Positions 17,119 through 26,820 of a DNA stretch of 64,000 bases are shown here, one piece after another (position 1 is the stretch's first letter; every line of letters starts with the position of its first letter). The stretch spans positions 1 through 64,000 of the IMG/VR virus record IMGVR_UViG_3300030101_002616, one strand, 5' to 3'. Below the pieces are notes generated by a model. It worked only from the letters and a program-made list of their open reading frames with translations. It was not told where the DNA came from and did no database searches. The position numbers and the translations under genes were made by a program. Origin of the DNA: a virus.

Positions 17119-20100
17119 ATGGCAAAGGGATTACAAACTTTTCTTAGTTATAAATACCTAAAAGATGCTTCAGGTATTCAATATCTTGTACTTATATCTC
17201 ATGTAAGTAATCCTGTTATTGGTGCTGCAGGTCTTGGAAAGGGTTTTACTTTAACTCCTAAAACTGTAAGTACTTTAAAAGATGGTAACAGAGAACAAGT
17301 ATATACTTATACAGGTTCTGGTAATGTAACCGCAAATTTTAAAGAAGGTCAAACTATAACTATCAGTGTATCTGATATTCCAAAAGGCAGTGAACTTGCA
17401 GTTCCTTTTGACTCCTTAGAAAGATCTTTTAATTTTGATGTATCATCTGAATCTTTACTTGGGTATGATATATCTGATGCTTTATTCTATTCAGAAGGTA
17501 CGGCTAGCTATAGAGAAAGTTATATACTACCACAATCTAGTAATCCTCATTTAGATACTAGTAGCAGAACAGATTTTTATTATACAGCAGATGGCTCTGC
17601 TGCATACATGGGATCTACCAGCCTACAAAACAAATTTTTAAATAATATAGGTTATAGTAATAGAGGATCTGATAGTACTGATTTAGGTAAATTCAGAGGA
17701 GGATCTGATGATAATACTTCAGTTGAATTTACTACTACCCACCAAACTCCAGTTGCCGGACAAACAACTGGTCCTGCAACGCAAGGGGGTATAGTAGCAT
17801 TTAGTTTTATACCTAGAACTAGTGCTGTTGATGACACCCCATTACCTATTATTGATGTATGTCAAGATCCTCAAGCTACTAATTTCTATTTAACAGGCTG
17901 TATAAACGAAGAGTTACCCTGTGTAGATTCAGGAACTACTCATGCTAATGATTGTGAAGGAGTTGCTTTAACAGCAGATATAATAAATAACAGCGTCTTA
18001 ACTAATGGGTCATGTTGTGAATATACAACTGGATGTGAAGATTTTAATGTAGTTATAGGTGATATAACAGCAGCTAATATAGACGTAGCAAATGGTACTA
18101 TTAATATAACAGTATCTGGAGGAACGCAAAATTATACTGCAGTAGTTGGTGCTATAGAACTAGATAATCCAGAAAATTCATTTAGCACTCAAACTACAAA
18201 TAGTATTTCTACTGATGAATTTACTCTTAGCAGTTTATTTCCTGGTAAATATAATCTTAGTGTAACAGATTCTACATCAGGTACAGCTTGTAATCAAAGA
18301 ATAGAGTTTATTGTACCACCAAAAGGATCTGATCCTGGTGGTGAAGGAGATTTTGGATGTAAAGATACTAGCTCAGCAATCAATCACGATAACTCTGTTA
18401 CTACACACCAAGATAGACTATGTGTTTTTTGTGATGCTGACTCTGGTTTATTATTTGCAGATTCTACTAATCCAACATTTTTAGGAAATGCTTTTGTTCC
18501 TACTTCTGACAGTCCTATTTTTAATTTTAATAATGCTACAAGCACTCCAGAAGGTGTAAGTATTGAAAATGGTTCACTTACTTTTCTTGGTGTTCAACTA
18601 TTTAATGAAGATATTAACTTATCTGAGCCTCCTGCAGTTCATAATTTTAATCCTCTTGAAGAGTTTACTACTGATCAAGCTAGTATGTTTGATTATCAGT
18701 TGTACAGAATTGATTCAGAAGTAGACGGGTTACTGAATGAAATTAATCTTGCTGAATCAGGAAATGTAAAAGCTTGGCTAACTGCTAATGCAACAGCTGT
18801 AGGAAGTGTGGTTCAAACTACGGGTGCAGCACACTCATTTACAAGTTTAGGTCCAGGAACCTATACAGTATTAGTTACATATGATGCAGATGGAACTCCA
18901 AATGGTGATCCAGAAGAAGAACAATGTTATTATGTACCTATACCTCAAACTGTCTATCAAAGAGGATGTACTGATCCAACTGCTGATAACTACAACACTG
19001 CTTTTGAGTCTGATCCAAATTCATTTTTACCAAGTGAGGGTTGTTTTTATCCGCCCCAAACTTGCAATGATCCAGGAATAGTATTTGATGCTGTAGTTTC
19101 ATGCAATGCAGACGACGGAACTATACAAATTGACTCAATAGATTTTGTATCACTTAATCCTGATATATTAGATGCAGGAGTAAATGGGTTTATTGTAACT
19201 CAGGATCATGTAAACCCACCATTTGGAGCAGGAGTAATTGTTGCTGCAGGAGGATCTGGATTTGCTGCTCTTCAATATATTGCGTGGGAACTTTTTTGTT
19301 ACGATCTTTTTAATAGTAGTATTGATCCTAATATGCATTGGATGAGTTTACCAGTTGGATTTCCTCAAGGCTATGTAAACTCTGAAGGTGTTGTACCTGC
19401 TAGTGGGGCTGGTAACCTTGCAAACATGTATAGAATACTTTCAACAATAACTTTTGCTGATGGAACTGATTTATTTCTTGGAGAAATAGGTTTAGGTGAC
19501 CTTTTACCAAATACAGTTCCTTTTGATACTCCAAATCTTGTAAATTATGGTGAAGTAACTTGTGAGCATATAAGTACACACGGTACTCCTACTTCTGTAA
19601 CATTTAATTATAACTATGGGGAATATAATGTATATGGAGAAAGCGCATCTTATACACATATTTTTACAATAAGTCAACTAGAACAATTTACTGGTTGTTG
19701 TGAATTTTCAGAACCTGAACCTGAAGGCTGTACTGATCCTACTGCAACAAACTTTGATCCAGCTGCTATAATAGACGACGGTTCTTGTATTTACCCTGAA
19801 CCCCCAGTGGTTCCAGGTTGCACAGACCCTACAGCTACAAACTTTGACCCACTTGCTACAGTCGACGATGGATCATGTGAATACATTCAACAAGGTTCTT
19901 GGTTACAAGCTGATTGTTTTACTTGTTCTTACAATGAAAACTTTCCTAATGGATTTGAAACCCAAGAAGAGTGTGAAGATTCTATTGAGTCTAACACAGA
20001 CTGTTGTGTTCTTGAGACTTATGTTAATAATGCTGGTGATATTATGGGTACCCTTCCAGTATTAGATACAACTAACTCAAGTTCAATTTTTAATGATGTG

Positions 20101-21585
20101 ACAGGATTATGTGACGATCAATCTACTGGTTCGTTCGTTTTTACTTTTCCTTCTGGTTTAAACAACAGTGTATTTAATATGACTAGCAATGTATCTTTCT
20201 TTTGGAGAGTAGGTACTCTTTGTTGTCCTAGTGTACAATATAGTAATATCTGGTCCGGAGCTCTAACTAATGATTTTGGAGAGGTTACTGATGCAATTAC
20301 TAATATGGATACGTCAGATTTAATAGATTTAACTGGTGCAACCCAGTCCATTACTGTGAATGGTATAGAAAGTGGACAATACATAATGTGGTTTTATTTC
20401 TTTGATATACCTTTTGATGCTACTGGGGCAGACCCAATAAATGGCCTACCATACCAAGATGGTGGACAATCTTGTACTACTTACACAGTAAATATTGATA
20501 TTGGCATAGATGATTGTGATGATAGTATTGTACATGGTTGTACTGATCCTGAAGCAGATAATTATAATGAAAGTGCAACTGTAGATGATGGAACATGTAC
20601 ATACACAGATATTAATGACGACAATCCTGATGGTGGTGATGGTGGTGATCCAGGAGGTCCTGGTGGTCCTGATGAAGAAGTTGGTTGTGATTGCGGAGAT
20701 GGTACATATTCTCCAGCATGTTGTCCACCTACTGCAATTTGTGGATGTCAAGATCCAAATGCAAGTAATTTTAATCCAAATGCCACTTATTATGATCCAA
20801 CCGCAGATGGTTGTGGGTGTGAATATGATGGAGATCCTCCATTTGTAGGTGATCCACCAATTACATCAACTGTTTTAGCTTGTGTTCCTAGAACTATTCA
20901 TAAATTAATAAGATACAATAATGAGTGTATAGCAAGGGCAGGTCATAGAGTTTATACTAAACATATAACGGGATTAGGCAATAGTTGTTCTAATATGGAA
21001 ACTATGAAAATGGTTATTATTAATGATCTTATTAGTAGACTAGGGCTACCTTGTATATTTAATTGTTCAGATAATGATACGCCTGCTCCAGATACAGCTT
21101 CTAATGTTTGTAAAGATAATTGGACTAATAATGGTTCTTTATACTGGAATCCAGCAGATGCAGCAGCTAATATATATAATTTAGGAATACATGTTAGAAG
21201 ACCATTTGTACCTAACCCAGGTGGTTTACCAGCACCTATATATGTTGCTATATCTAACTCTGGATTAGACATAGATCCATTCTCTAACAATTCAGCTAGT
21301 GGATGGAAGTTATGTAAAACAGAATCTATAGTAAATGAAAAGAATAATTATTTACCAAACTTTCTTAAATTTGCACACGAGTATTGTAAAAATTGTGGAA
21401 TACCTCCATATAGAATAGATGATACTCTTTCTTCAAGTGTTACAGATACATTTACTACTGGTGGAAATGATATAACAGCAGGGGGGACTACATTTGATAA
21501 TACTTCAGATCAAACAGATCTAACAACTCTTGACGATATAGAGGGAAATGAAACAGATAACGAAACAGGAGGTTTATACTCTTAA
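17119..21585 (+). CDS. Large acidic Cys-rich adhesin-like virion protein with GCTDP repeats, 1488 aa
   Basis: About seven GCxDPxAxN(Y/F)...DDGxC repeats, a SprB-like Ig segment (GTINITVSGGTQNYT), no signal peptide, located in the tail module. Confidence 0.75.
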   Translation: MAKGLQTFLSYKYLKDASGIQYLVLISHVSNPVIGAAGLGKGFTLTPKTVSTLKDGNREQVYTYTGSGNVTANFKEGQTITISVSDIPKGSELAVPFDSLERSFNFDVSSESLLGYDISDALFYSEGTASYRESYILPQSSNPHLDTSSRTDFYYTADGSAAYMGSTSLQNKFLNNIGYSNRGSDSTDLGKFRGGSDDNTSVEFTTTHQTPVAGQTTGPATQGGIVAFSFIPRTSAVDDTPLPIIDVCQDPQATNFYLTGCINEELPCVDSGTTHANDCEGVALTADIINNSVLTNGSCCEYTTGCEDFNVVIGDITAANIDVANGTINITVSGGTQNYTAVVGAIELDNPENSFSTQTTNSISTDEFTLSSLFPGKYNLSVTDSTSGTACNQRIEFIVPPKGSDPGGEGDFGCKDTSSAINHDNSVTTHQDRLCVFCDADSGLLFADSTNPTFLGNAFVPTSDSPIFNFNNATSTPEGVSIENGSLTFLGVQLFNEDINLSEPPAVHNFNPLEEFTTDQASMFDYQLYRIDSEVDGLLNEINLAESGNVKAWLTANATAVGSVVQTTGAAHSFTSLGPGTYTVLVTYDADGTPNGDPEEEQCYYVPIPQTVYQRGCTDPTADNYNTAFESDPNSFLPSEGCFYPPQTCNDPGIVFDAVVSCNADDGTIQIDSIDFVSLNPDILDAGVNGFIVTQDHVNPPFGAGVIVAAGGSGFAALQYIAWELFCYDLFNSSIDPNMHWMSLPVGFPQGYVNSEGVVPASGAGNLANMYRILSTITFADGTDLFLGEIGLGDLLPNTVPFDTPNLVNYGEVTCEHISTHGTPTSVTFNYNYGEYNVYGESASYTHIFTISQLEQFTGCCEFSEPEPEGCTDPTATNFDPAAIIDDGSCIYPEPPVVPGCTDPTATNFDPLATVDDGSCEYIQQGSWLQADCFTCSYNENFPNGFETQEECEDSIESNTDCCVLETYVNNAGDIMGTLPVLDTTNSSSIFNDVTGLCDDQSTGSFVFTFPSGLNNSVFNMTSNVSFFWRVGTLCCPSVQYSNIWSGALTNDFGEVTDAITNMDTSDLIDLTGATQSITVNGIESGQYIMWFYFFDIPFDATGADPINGLPYQDGGQSCTTYTVNIDIGIDDCDDSIVHGCTDPEADNYNESATVDDGTCTYTDINDDNPDGGDGGDPGGPGGPDEEVGCDCGDGTYSPACCPPTAICGCQDPNASNFNPNATYYDPTADGCGCEYDGDPPFVGDPPITSTVLACVPRTIHKLIRYNNECIARAGHRVYTKHITGLGNSCSNMETMKMVIINDLISRLGLPCIFNCSDNDTPAPDTASNVCKDNWTNNGSLYWNPADAAANIYNLGIHVRRPFVPNPGGLPAPIYVAISNSGLDIDPFSNNSASGWKLCKTESIVNEKNNYLPNFLKFAHEYCKNCGIPPYRIDDTLSSSVTDTFTTGGNDITAGGTTFDNTSDQTDLTTLDDIEGNETDNETGGLYS
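19726..19880 (+). repeat. Tandem coding repeat GCTDPTATNFDPxAxxDDGSC (two adjacent copies)
   Basis: Near-identical peptides with synonymous DNA differences. Confidence 0.85.
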
Positions 21586-21599
21586 AATAATATAATAAA

Positions 21600-23120
21600 A
21601 TGGCAGAAATAACAACACTAAGTACCCTTTCAAAAACTAGCGTAGCGTCTACAGATTTTTTACTCGTAGCTAACTCTAGCACAAAATCGGCTAAAAAATT
21701 ACAACTACAAACGTTGTTTCCAGCAGTGTCTACAGCAGGCACAAGCTCGCAAGAGCTCTATACGAGCGCTACACTAACAAATAAAAATCAGATTGTATTC
21801 AAAGGACTGAAGTCTGCTGATACTAAAGTAACTGTAACTACAGCAAGTAATAACTTAGTAATTACACTAGTAGAAGCACAGATAGATCTTAATGCCTGTG
21901 ATAATAGTAGTGCAGGATTCTTAAAGACAATTAATAACTCAAACTGGAGTGGTACTGACTTAGCAGTAGTAAATGGAGGTACAGGACTATCAGCGATAAC
22001 AAAAGGTTCAGTTCTATATGCTAATGATACAGACACAATAGCAGCTACAGCAGCAATGTCTACAAACGGACAACTGCTTATAGGTAATGCAACTAATGGC
22101 TTTCCATCAGTAGCAACACTTACAGCTGGAGCTAATATGACTGTTACTAATGGTGCAGGTACAATTACACTTGCAGCTAGTTTAGCAAGTTTAGCATCTA
22201 ATTTAGATACAGGTAGTTTTAATATTGACTTGAATACTAACTACATTAGTGATGATGGATCTGATAGAGGTATATATGTGCATACTAATGGTAAAACAAT
22301 ACTTAATGACTCAGGATCAACTTTAACTACAGGTGAAGCCACAGGTCAGTTAAATATACAAGGTAGTACAGCCACAGCAATTACAATAGGTAATACTGCT
22401 GCATATCAATCTACGTACACTGTTCAAACCACAACATCAGCATCTGGAACTGCGGGGGCTAATTTAGCTGTAAATGCAGCTACTGCGGGTGGTGGAAATA
22501 TGGATGGTGGTGATTTAAGACTTTCAGCAGGTACTGCTACAGGATCTGGTAATGGAGGTGATGCATCACTATCCGGAGGAGATGCAGCATCAGGAGATGC
22601 AGGTAATGTATTATTAAGAACATATACAAGTGGAGGATCAATAACTACAGCATTAACTGTAGATACTAATCAAGATGTATCAGTAGAAACAGGTAATCTA
22701 TTTGTAAAAGCAAAACCTATTTATGCAAGAGCATCTAGTACGGCAGCATTTATACAATACCAAGGAGCTGAAGCTACTACAGATGATGGCACTACAGCAG
22801 TATCAGCTGCTAACATATTAACAGGTATTGTAAAATGTACACCTACAGCTGATAGAAGTAAAGCTACAGATACAGCATCTAACTTAATATCAGGATTATC
22901 TCTAACAGCAGATAACGATAGCTTTGACTTTAGTTTTATTAATTTAACAACTGACGGACAAGATAACGTAACGCTTACAGGAGGAACAGGTGTAACACTT
23001 GTAGGTAATATGGTAATACACGCACAGGATGCATCAGATGATGCAGTATCTATAGGTGTAGGAAGATTTAGAATAAGAAGAACCGGTGCTAGTGCAGTAA
23101 CCATGTACAGAATCGGATAA
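21600..23120 (+). CDS. Tail fibre / spike protein
   Basis: Thr/Gly/Ala-rich; LAVVNGGTG fibre motif; GGDLRLSAG/GGDASLSGG/AGNVLL beta-repeats. Confidence 0.75.
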   Translation: MAEITTLSTLSKTSVASTDFLLVANSSTKSAKKLQLQTLFPAVSTAGTSSQELYTSATLTNKNQIVFKGLKSADTKVTVTTASNNLVITLVEAQIDLNACDNSSAGFLKTINNSNWSGTDLAVVNGGTGLSAITKGSVLYANDTDTIAATAAMSTNGQLLIGNATNGFPSVATLTAGANMTVTNGAGTITLAASLASLASNLDTGSFNIDLNTNYISDDGSDRGIYVHTNGKTILNDSGSTLTTGEATGQLNIQGSTATAITIGNTAAYQSTYTVQTTTSASGTAGANLAVNAATAGGGNMDGGDLRLSAGTATGSGNGGDASLSGGDAASGDAGNVLLRTYTSGGSITTALTVDTNQDVSVETGNLFVKAKPIYARASSTAAFIQYQGAEATTDDGTTAVSAANILTGIVKCTPTADRSKATDTASNLISGLSLTADNDSFDFSFINLTTDGQDNVTLTGGTGVTLVGNMVIHAQDASDDAVSIGVGRFRIRRTGASAVTMYRIG

Positions 23121-23145
23121 TATTAACCAATTAATTATATAGACA

Positions 23146-23547
23146 ATGAAAGTAAAAATGAAAAATGGTGAGTTTGTTGAATTGTTCAACGGACTAACAG
23201 CAGTACAACAACTAAAAGGAGTTAAGTTTGGATTGTTAGTATCTAAGAATATTAGAGTAATACAAGAAGAACTTAAGGACATCGAAGAAGCTAGTAAGCC
23301 TAGTGAAGAGTTTTTAGAGTTGTCACAGAAGATGCAAGTTCTTATGAACAAAAAAGATGACGAAGCAATAGCTAAGTTAGAAAAAGAAAATAAAGAACTT
23401 GTTGATGCTCGTAAAGAGCAGTTAGCTGAGATAGATAAACTACTATTAGAAGAAACTGAAGTTGAACTGCACGGCATACCAGAAAACTGTTTACCAACAG
23501 ATATTACTGGTGAACAAATTATTAACATAGATAAAATTATAGAATAA
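23146..23547 (+). CDS. Helical protein after the fibre gene (possible fibre chaperone)
   Basis: 133 aa, coiled-coil; function is positional inference. Confidence 0.55.
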   Translation: MKVKMKNGEFVELFNGLTAVQQLKGVKFGLLVSKNIRVIQEELKDIEEASKPSEEFLELSQKMQVLMNKKDDEAIAKLEKENKELVDARKEQLAEIDKLLLEETEVELHGIPENCLPTDITGEQIINIDKIIE

Positions 23548-23858
23548 TGGCTCAAACAATTTCAGAAAGCTTATTAAAAAATACTCTTGATGTTTTAAGT
23601 GAAAGTATGTCTCCACAAGTAGTGCATATGATTGATGATACTGTAGAACATACAGGACCATATTTTGCAATAGCTGCATTAGAAGAATCTGTTATAGATA
23701 CTTCAGAATGTACTACAAATATCACAGATGCAGCAGCAACAATTACAATACCAAAAGGTATGACTATATATGGTGATTTTGACTCTATTGAGTTAGATAG
23801 TGGTAAAGTTTTAGCATACGCAAGAAAAGGAATAGTACCTGTAAATGCAGGCGGATAA
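23547..23858 (+). CDS. Small beta-rich putative virion protein
   Basis: TIPKGMTIYGDFDSIELDSGKVLAY; TAATG-coupled. Confidence 0.6.
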   Translation: MAQTISESLLKNTLDVLSESMSPQVVHMIDDTVEHTGPYFAIAALEESVIDTSECTTNITDAAATITIPKGMTIYGDFDSIELDSGKVLAYARKGIVPVNAGG

Positions 23859-23883
23859 TATTAAATATTAATAAAAAAAGAAT

Positions 23884-24270
23884 ATGGGAACATTAAGTGT
23901 TAAATTAGAATTAATAAGTAGAGGTTTTGGAACCCCTACAAAAATAAGAGTTACAGATCTTATAACTACGACTAATCCTTCACAAACTTTGTCTCGTGTA
24001 AGTGCAACCACTACAGGAGGTGACACTATCATTCTTCCTAATGCTAATGTAGAACGTTTTGTCTATATAAAACATTTAGGATTAAACTCAGCAGGAGCAA
24101 GAAACGTAACAGATAAATTAAAAGTAGAATATTCTGATGGCAATCATATAGCAGAGCTTAGAGCAGGAGAGTTTTTGTTTTTACCTTATGACACAGGTGG
24201 ATCAGCTCTTTTACAACTAGAAGCTTCTGCAAATACGATACAAGCAGAATATGCATTTTTTACTAGATAG
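23884..24270 (+). CDS. Small beta-rich putative virion protein, 128 aa
   Basis: FVYIKH...LRAGEFLFLP...AEYAFF pattern. Confidence 0.6.
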   Translation: MGTLSVKLELISRGFGTPTKIRVTDLITTTNPSQTLSRVSATTTGGDTIILPNANVERFVYIKHLGLNSAGARNVTDKLKVEYSDGNHIAELRAGEFLFLPYDTGGSALLQLEASANTIQAEYAFFTR

Positions 24271-24271
24271 A

Positions 24272-25318
24272 ATGATTAGAGTATTTGTAATATTATTAGT
24301 TTTCTTAATGTCTTGTGCAGCACCGAAAGAGTGTTGCTCACAGATTAAAAAAGCTATAAAGTTTTCTACATTCTATGTAGCAGCGAATGGAGGTACGTCT
24401 TTATCTGATAGAGAAGTATATTCTATAAATGGAAGTACACTTTTATATGATACTATTATTACTCCTTATGACTACTCATTATCTATGGGTATTCGTAAGA
24501 TACAGAGGTTTCAATATGAAGGTACTTCACCATTTAAAGATGGTACAGAGTCATCATTTAGTGATGCTGCTAGTATAGGTAGAAACCCTTTTGAGTATTT
24601 ATTTGAGATAGAATATAGAAGACAGGAGGGTGTAGAGTATTTTGATCAGCATCATTTTATAAGATATGCTAGATCTAAGTGGTTTACAAAAGCAGAATAT
24701 ATTAAAGATGGTTTTGCAGACATAGAGTATTTTGAGGGTACACACAGACTACGACTGAATGGTGGTAAAAAACTATCATTCAACATAGGCGCTGTACAAA
24801 GATTAGCAGAGCCGTATGGATATGATCCATTAGAAGAGTGGACTATGTCTACAGGTGATATACACTATACACAACTAGCTATTGAAGAGGGATATAGTAT
24901 AGATGTATATGAATCTGAGTATAGAGCACCAGATGGTGCAATTGTAGCAAATAGTGCTGAGGTATGGAATCAGATAGTTATGCCAGAAGTATTAGAAAAT
25001 TATGTAGAAAAGAAACGAAATGAACTAGCTAATCAATGGCAGCATTCATTAGTAATAGGTTTTGATTTCTATCACTATAAGAAAAACTTTTGGTTACACT
25101 CTTGGGGTAACTTTATGCCTTACCATTATAATGATGGTGGACAATATTCTTATCATAATTTTAATGATGGAGAGCAGTGGTATGATTACTCAGGAGGATT
25201 AATATTTGGACTGAAAGCAACAAAACACTTAGGATGTTTTATTGAAGGTAAATACAATAAGTATTGGAATAAAGAATGGTACGATTTTAAATTAGGAATT
25301 AACTACGTTATATTTTAA
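24272..25318 (+). CDS. Putative outer-membrane beta-barrel protein with signal peptide
   Basis: Start MIRVFVILLVFLMSC (ATG 24272, 1 nt after the upstream stop); 12 or more amphipathic aromatic-rich strands; C-terminal WYDFKLGINYVIF resembles a BAM beta-signal ending in Phe. Confidence 0.7.
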   Translation: MIRVFVILLVFLMSCAAPKECCSQIKKAIKFSTFYVAANGGTSLSDREVYSINGSTLLYDTIITPYDYSLSMGIRKIQRFQYEGTSPFKDGTESSFSDAASIGRNPFEYLFEIEYRRQEGVEYFDQHHFIRYARSKWFTKAEYIKDGFADIEYFEGTHRLRLNGGKKLSFNIGAVQRLAEPYGYDPLEEWTMSTGDIHYTQLAIEEGYSIDVYESEYRAPDGAIVANSAEVWNQIVMPEVLENYVEKKRNELANQWQHSLVIGFDFYHYKKNFWLHSWGNFMPYHYNDGGQYSYHNFNDGEQWYDYSGGLIFGLKATKHLGCFIEGKYNKYWNKEWYDFKLGINYVIF

Positions 25319-25320
25319 AA

Positions 25321-25599
25321 ATGGCAACTGAAATAGGAAAAGACACTAAAATTAAATTAAGTTTAGAAACAATAATATCTTTAGGATTTGTATTAGTAAC
25401 TATGACTGGTATGTGGTTTACACTAAAAGGGGAGATAGCTGAAGCAAAAGAATTACCAGTAGCTCCAGATCCAGAAGTAACACGTATGGAGTTTGATATG
25501 AAAGATCAAATGATACGTAACACTATTATGAATACTCAAGAAGATGTAACTGAAATAAAAGCTACATTAGAAAAGATAGAAGATAAACTTTATAAATAA
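25321..25599 (+). CDS. Single-TM protein with C-terminal coiled coil, 92 aa
   Basis: TM IISLGFVLVTMTGMWFTL; heptads VTEIKATLEKIEDKL. Confidence 0.7.
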   Translation: MATEIGKDTKIKLSLETIISLGFVLVTMTGMWFTLKGEIAEAKELPVAPDPEVTRMEFDMKDQMIRNTIMNTQEDVTEIKATLEKIEDKLYK

Positions 25600-25937
25600 T
25601 GTGGAAAGTTATATACAAGCATTTATTATTTTTATTTTTTTGTACGGTCTCGTATACTGCTTTTTCACAGATCACAGTGATTCACTTTAACGCTGGCTGG
25701 AACGAAGCTAATGATGTAGAGTGGTTTGATAAATTATCAGACGCTGGTAAAAAAAGTTTAAGTATTGACGATAAAGACATACAAAAGGAATATGCTATTG
25801 CTATTGTACCTACTATCATTGTGTTTGATGAGGGCGAAGAAGTAAAACGTTTTCAAGCAGATCTTAGTTTTGAGATGGTGGCTACAAGAAAAGAGATACA
25901 GAATTACATCGACGAATTAATAATGAGTAAATTTTAA
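25599..25937 (+). CDS. Secreted thioredoxin-fold protein lacking CxxC
   Basis: Signal peptide ...SYTAFS-Q; VIHFNAGWNEAN at the WCxxC position; KEYAIAIVPTIIVFDEGEEVKRF is the cis-Pro/Trx C-terminal pattern. Confidence 0.75.
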   Translation: MWKVIYKHLLFLFFCTVSYTAFSQITVIHFNAGWNEANDVEWFDKLSDAGKKSLSIDDKDIQKEYAIAIVPTIIVFDEGEEVKRFQADLSFEMVATRKEIQNYIDELIMSKF

Positions 25938-25938
25938 T

Positions 25939-26820
25939 ATGGCAAATATTTTAGGATTAGGATTAAGCACAATAAAAGGATCAACAGTTGATCAACCATA
26001 TGCTACAAGGTTTGCTAGCTTTAATGGATCAAGTAGTAAGGCTTTAGCAGCACCAGGTAGACTGCCTTTAATATTAGCAGGTAGTGGTACTCTTGGAGAG
26101 AATATAACATTTTCTATGTGGATAAAGGCTACATGGACTATACCTGCAAGTCCAGCTGATGCAGTAGTTAACAATATACCATTTTTTATGTTAGGTAGTG
26201 ATACAGATGTGCATGAAGCGTTTAGAATGTATTATATGATAGAAGACGGTTCTGCTAACAATAAAAATGATGTTGTTATGGAACTAAGAAGTTCAACTCC
26301 TAGTAATTCTAGACAAAATGAAATAATGAGATTAAGCGCTACAGGCGGCAGTCCAAGCAATTCGACTATAACAGGTAGTAGTGCCGCTGATCACGATAAA
26401 ATGTGGGACAGTGATAACTCTGCTATAACAACAAATAATGATGGATTTGTACATATAGTTTGTAGTAGAGGTACCTTAGATTGGAAAATATTTTGGAATG
26501 GTATTAACTGTGAAGTGATAGACAATGATTCAGGCTCATTAAACACAGATGTAACTGAGTTTGATTCTTTTAGTATAGGATATTGGGAGTATGCTGATGC
26601 TTATGGTCAACTAGGTGTAAGAGATTTTGCAATATATAATAGTCAACTATCTGGTTCAGATGTAACTGCATTATACAATGGTGGAGTACTAGCTGATCAT
26701 AGAGATTTAATTACACCACAGCCTATAGTATATTATCCTTTTGAAGAAGATGGTAATGACGTAATAATATCTACAGGACCACACTTAACTTTAACCGATG
26801 TAACTTTTGAAAATATATAA
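25939..26820 (+). CDS. LamG / concanavalin A-like lectin-domain protein
   Basis: TFSMWIK, FVHIVCS, WKIFWNG, RDFAIYNSQLSGSDVTALYNGG, YYPFEE motifs; no signal peptide. Confidence 0.8.
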   Translation: MANILGLGLSTIKGSTVDQPYATRFASFNGSSSKALAAPGRLPLILAGSGTLGENITFSMWIKATWTIPASPADAVVNNIPFFMLGSDTDVHEAFRMYYMIEDGSANNKNDVVMELRSSTPSNSRQNEIMRLSATGGSPSNSTITGSSAADHDKMWDSDNSAITTNNDGFVHIVCSRGTLDWKIFWNGINCEVIDNDSGSLNTDVTEFDSFSIGYWEYADAYGQLGVRDFAIYNSQLSGSDVTALYNGGVLADHRDLITPQPIVYYPFEEDGNDVIISTGPHLTLTDVTFENI

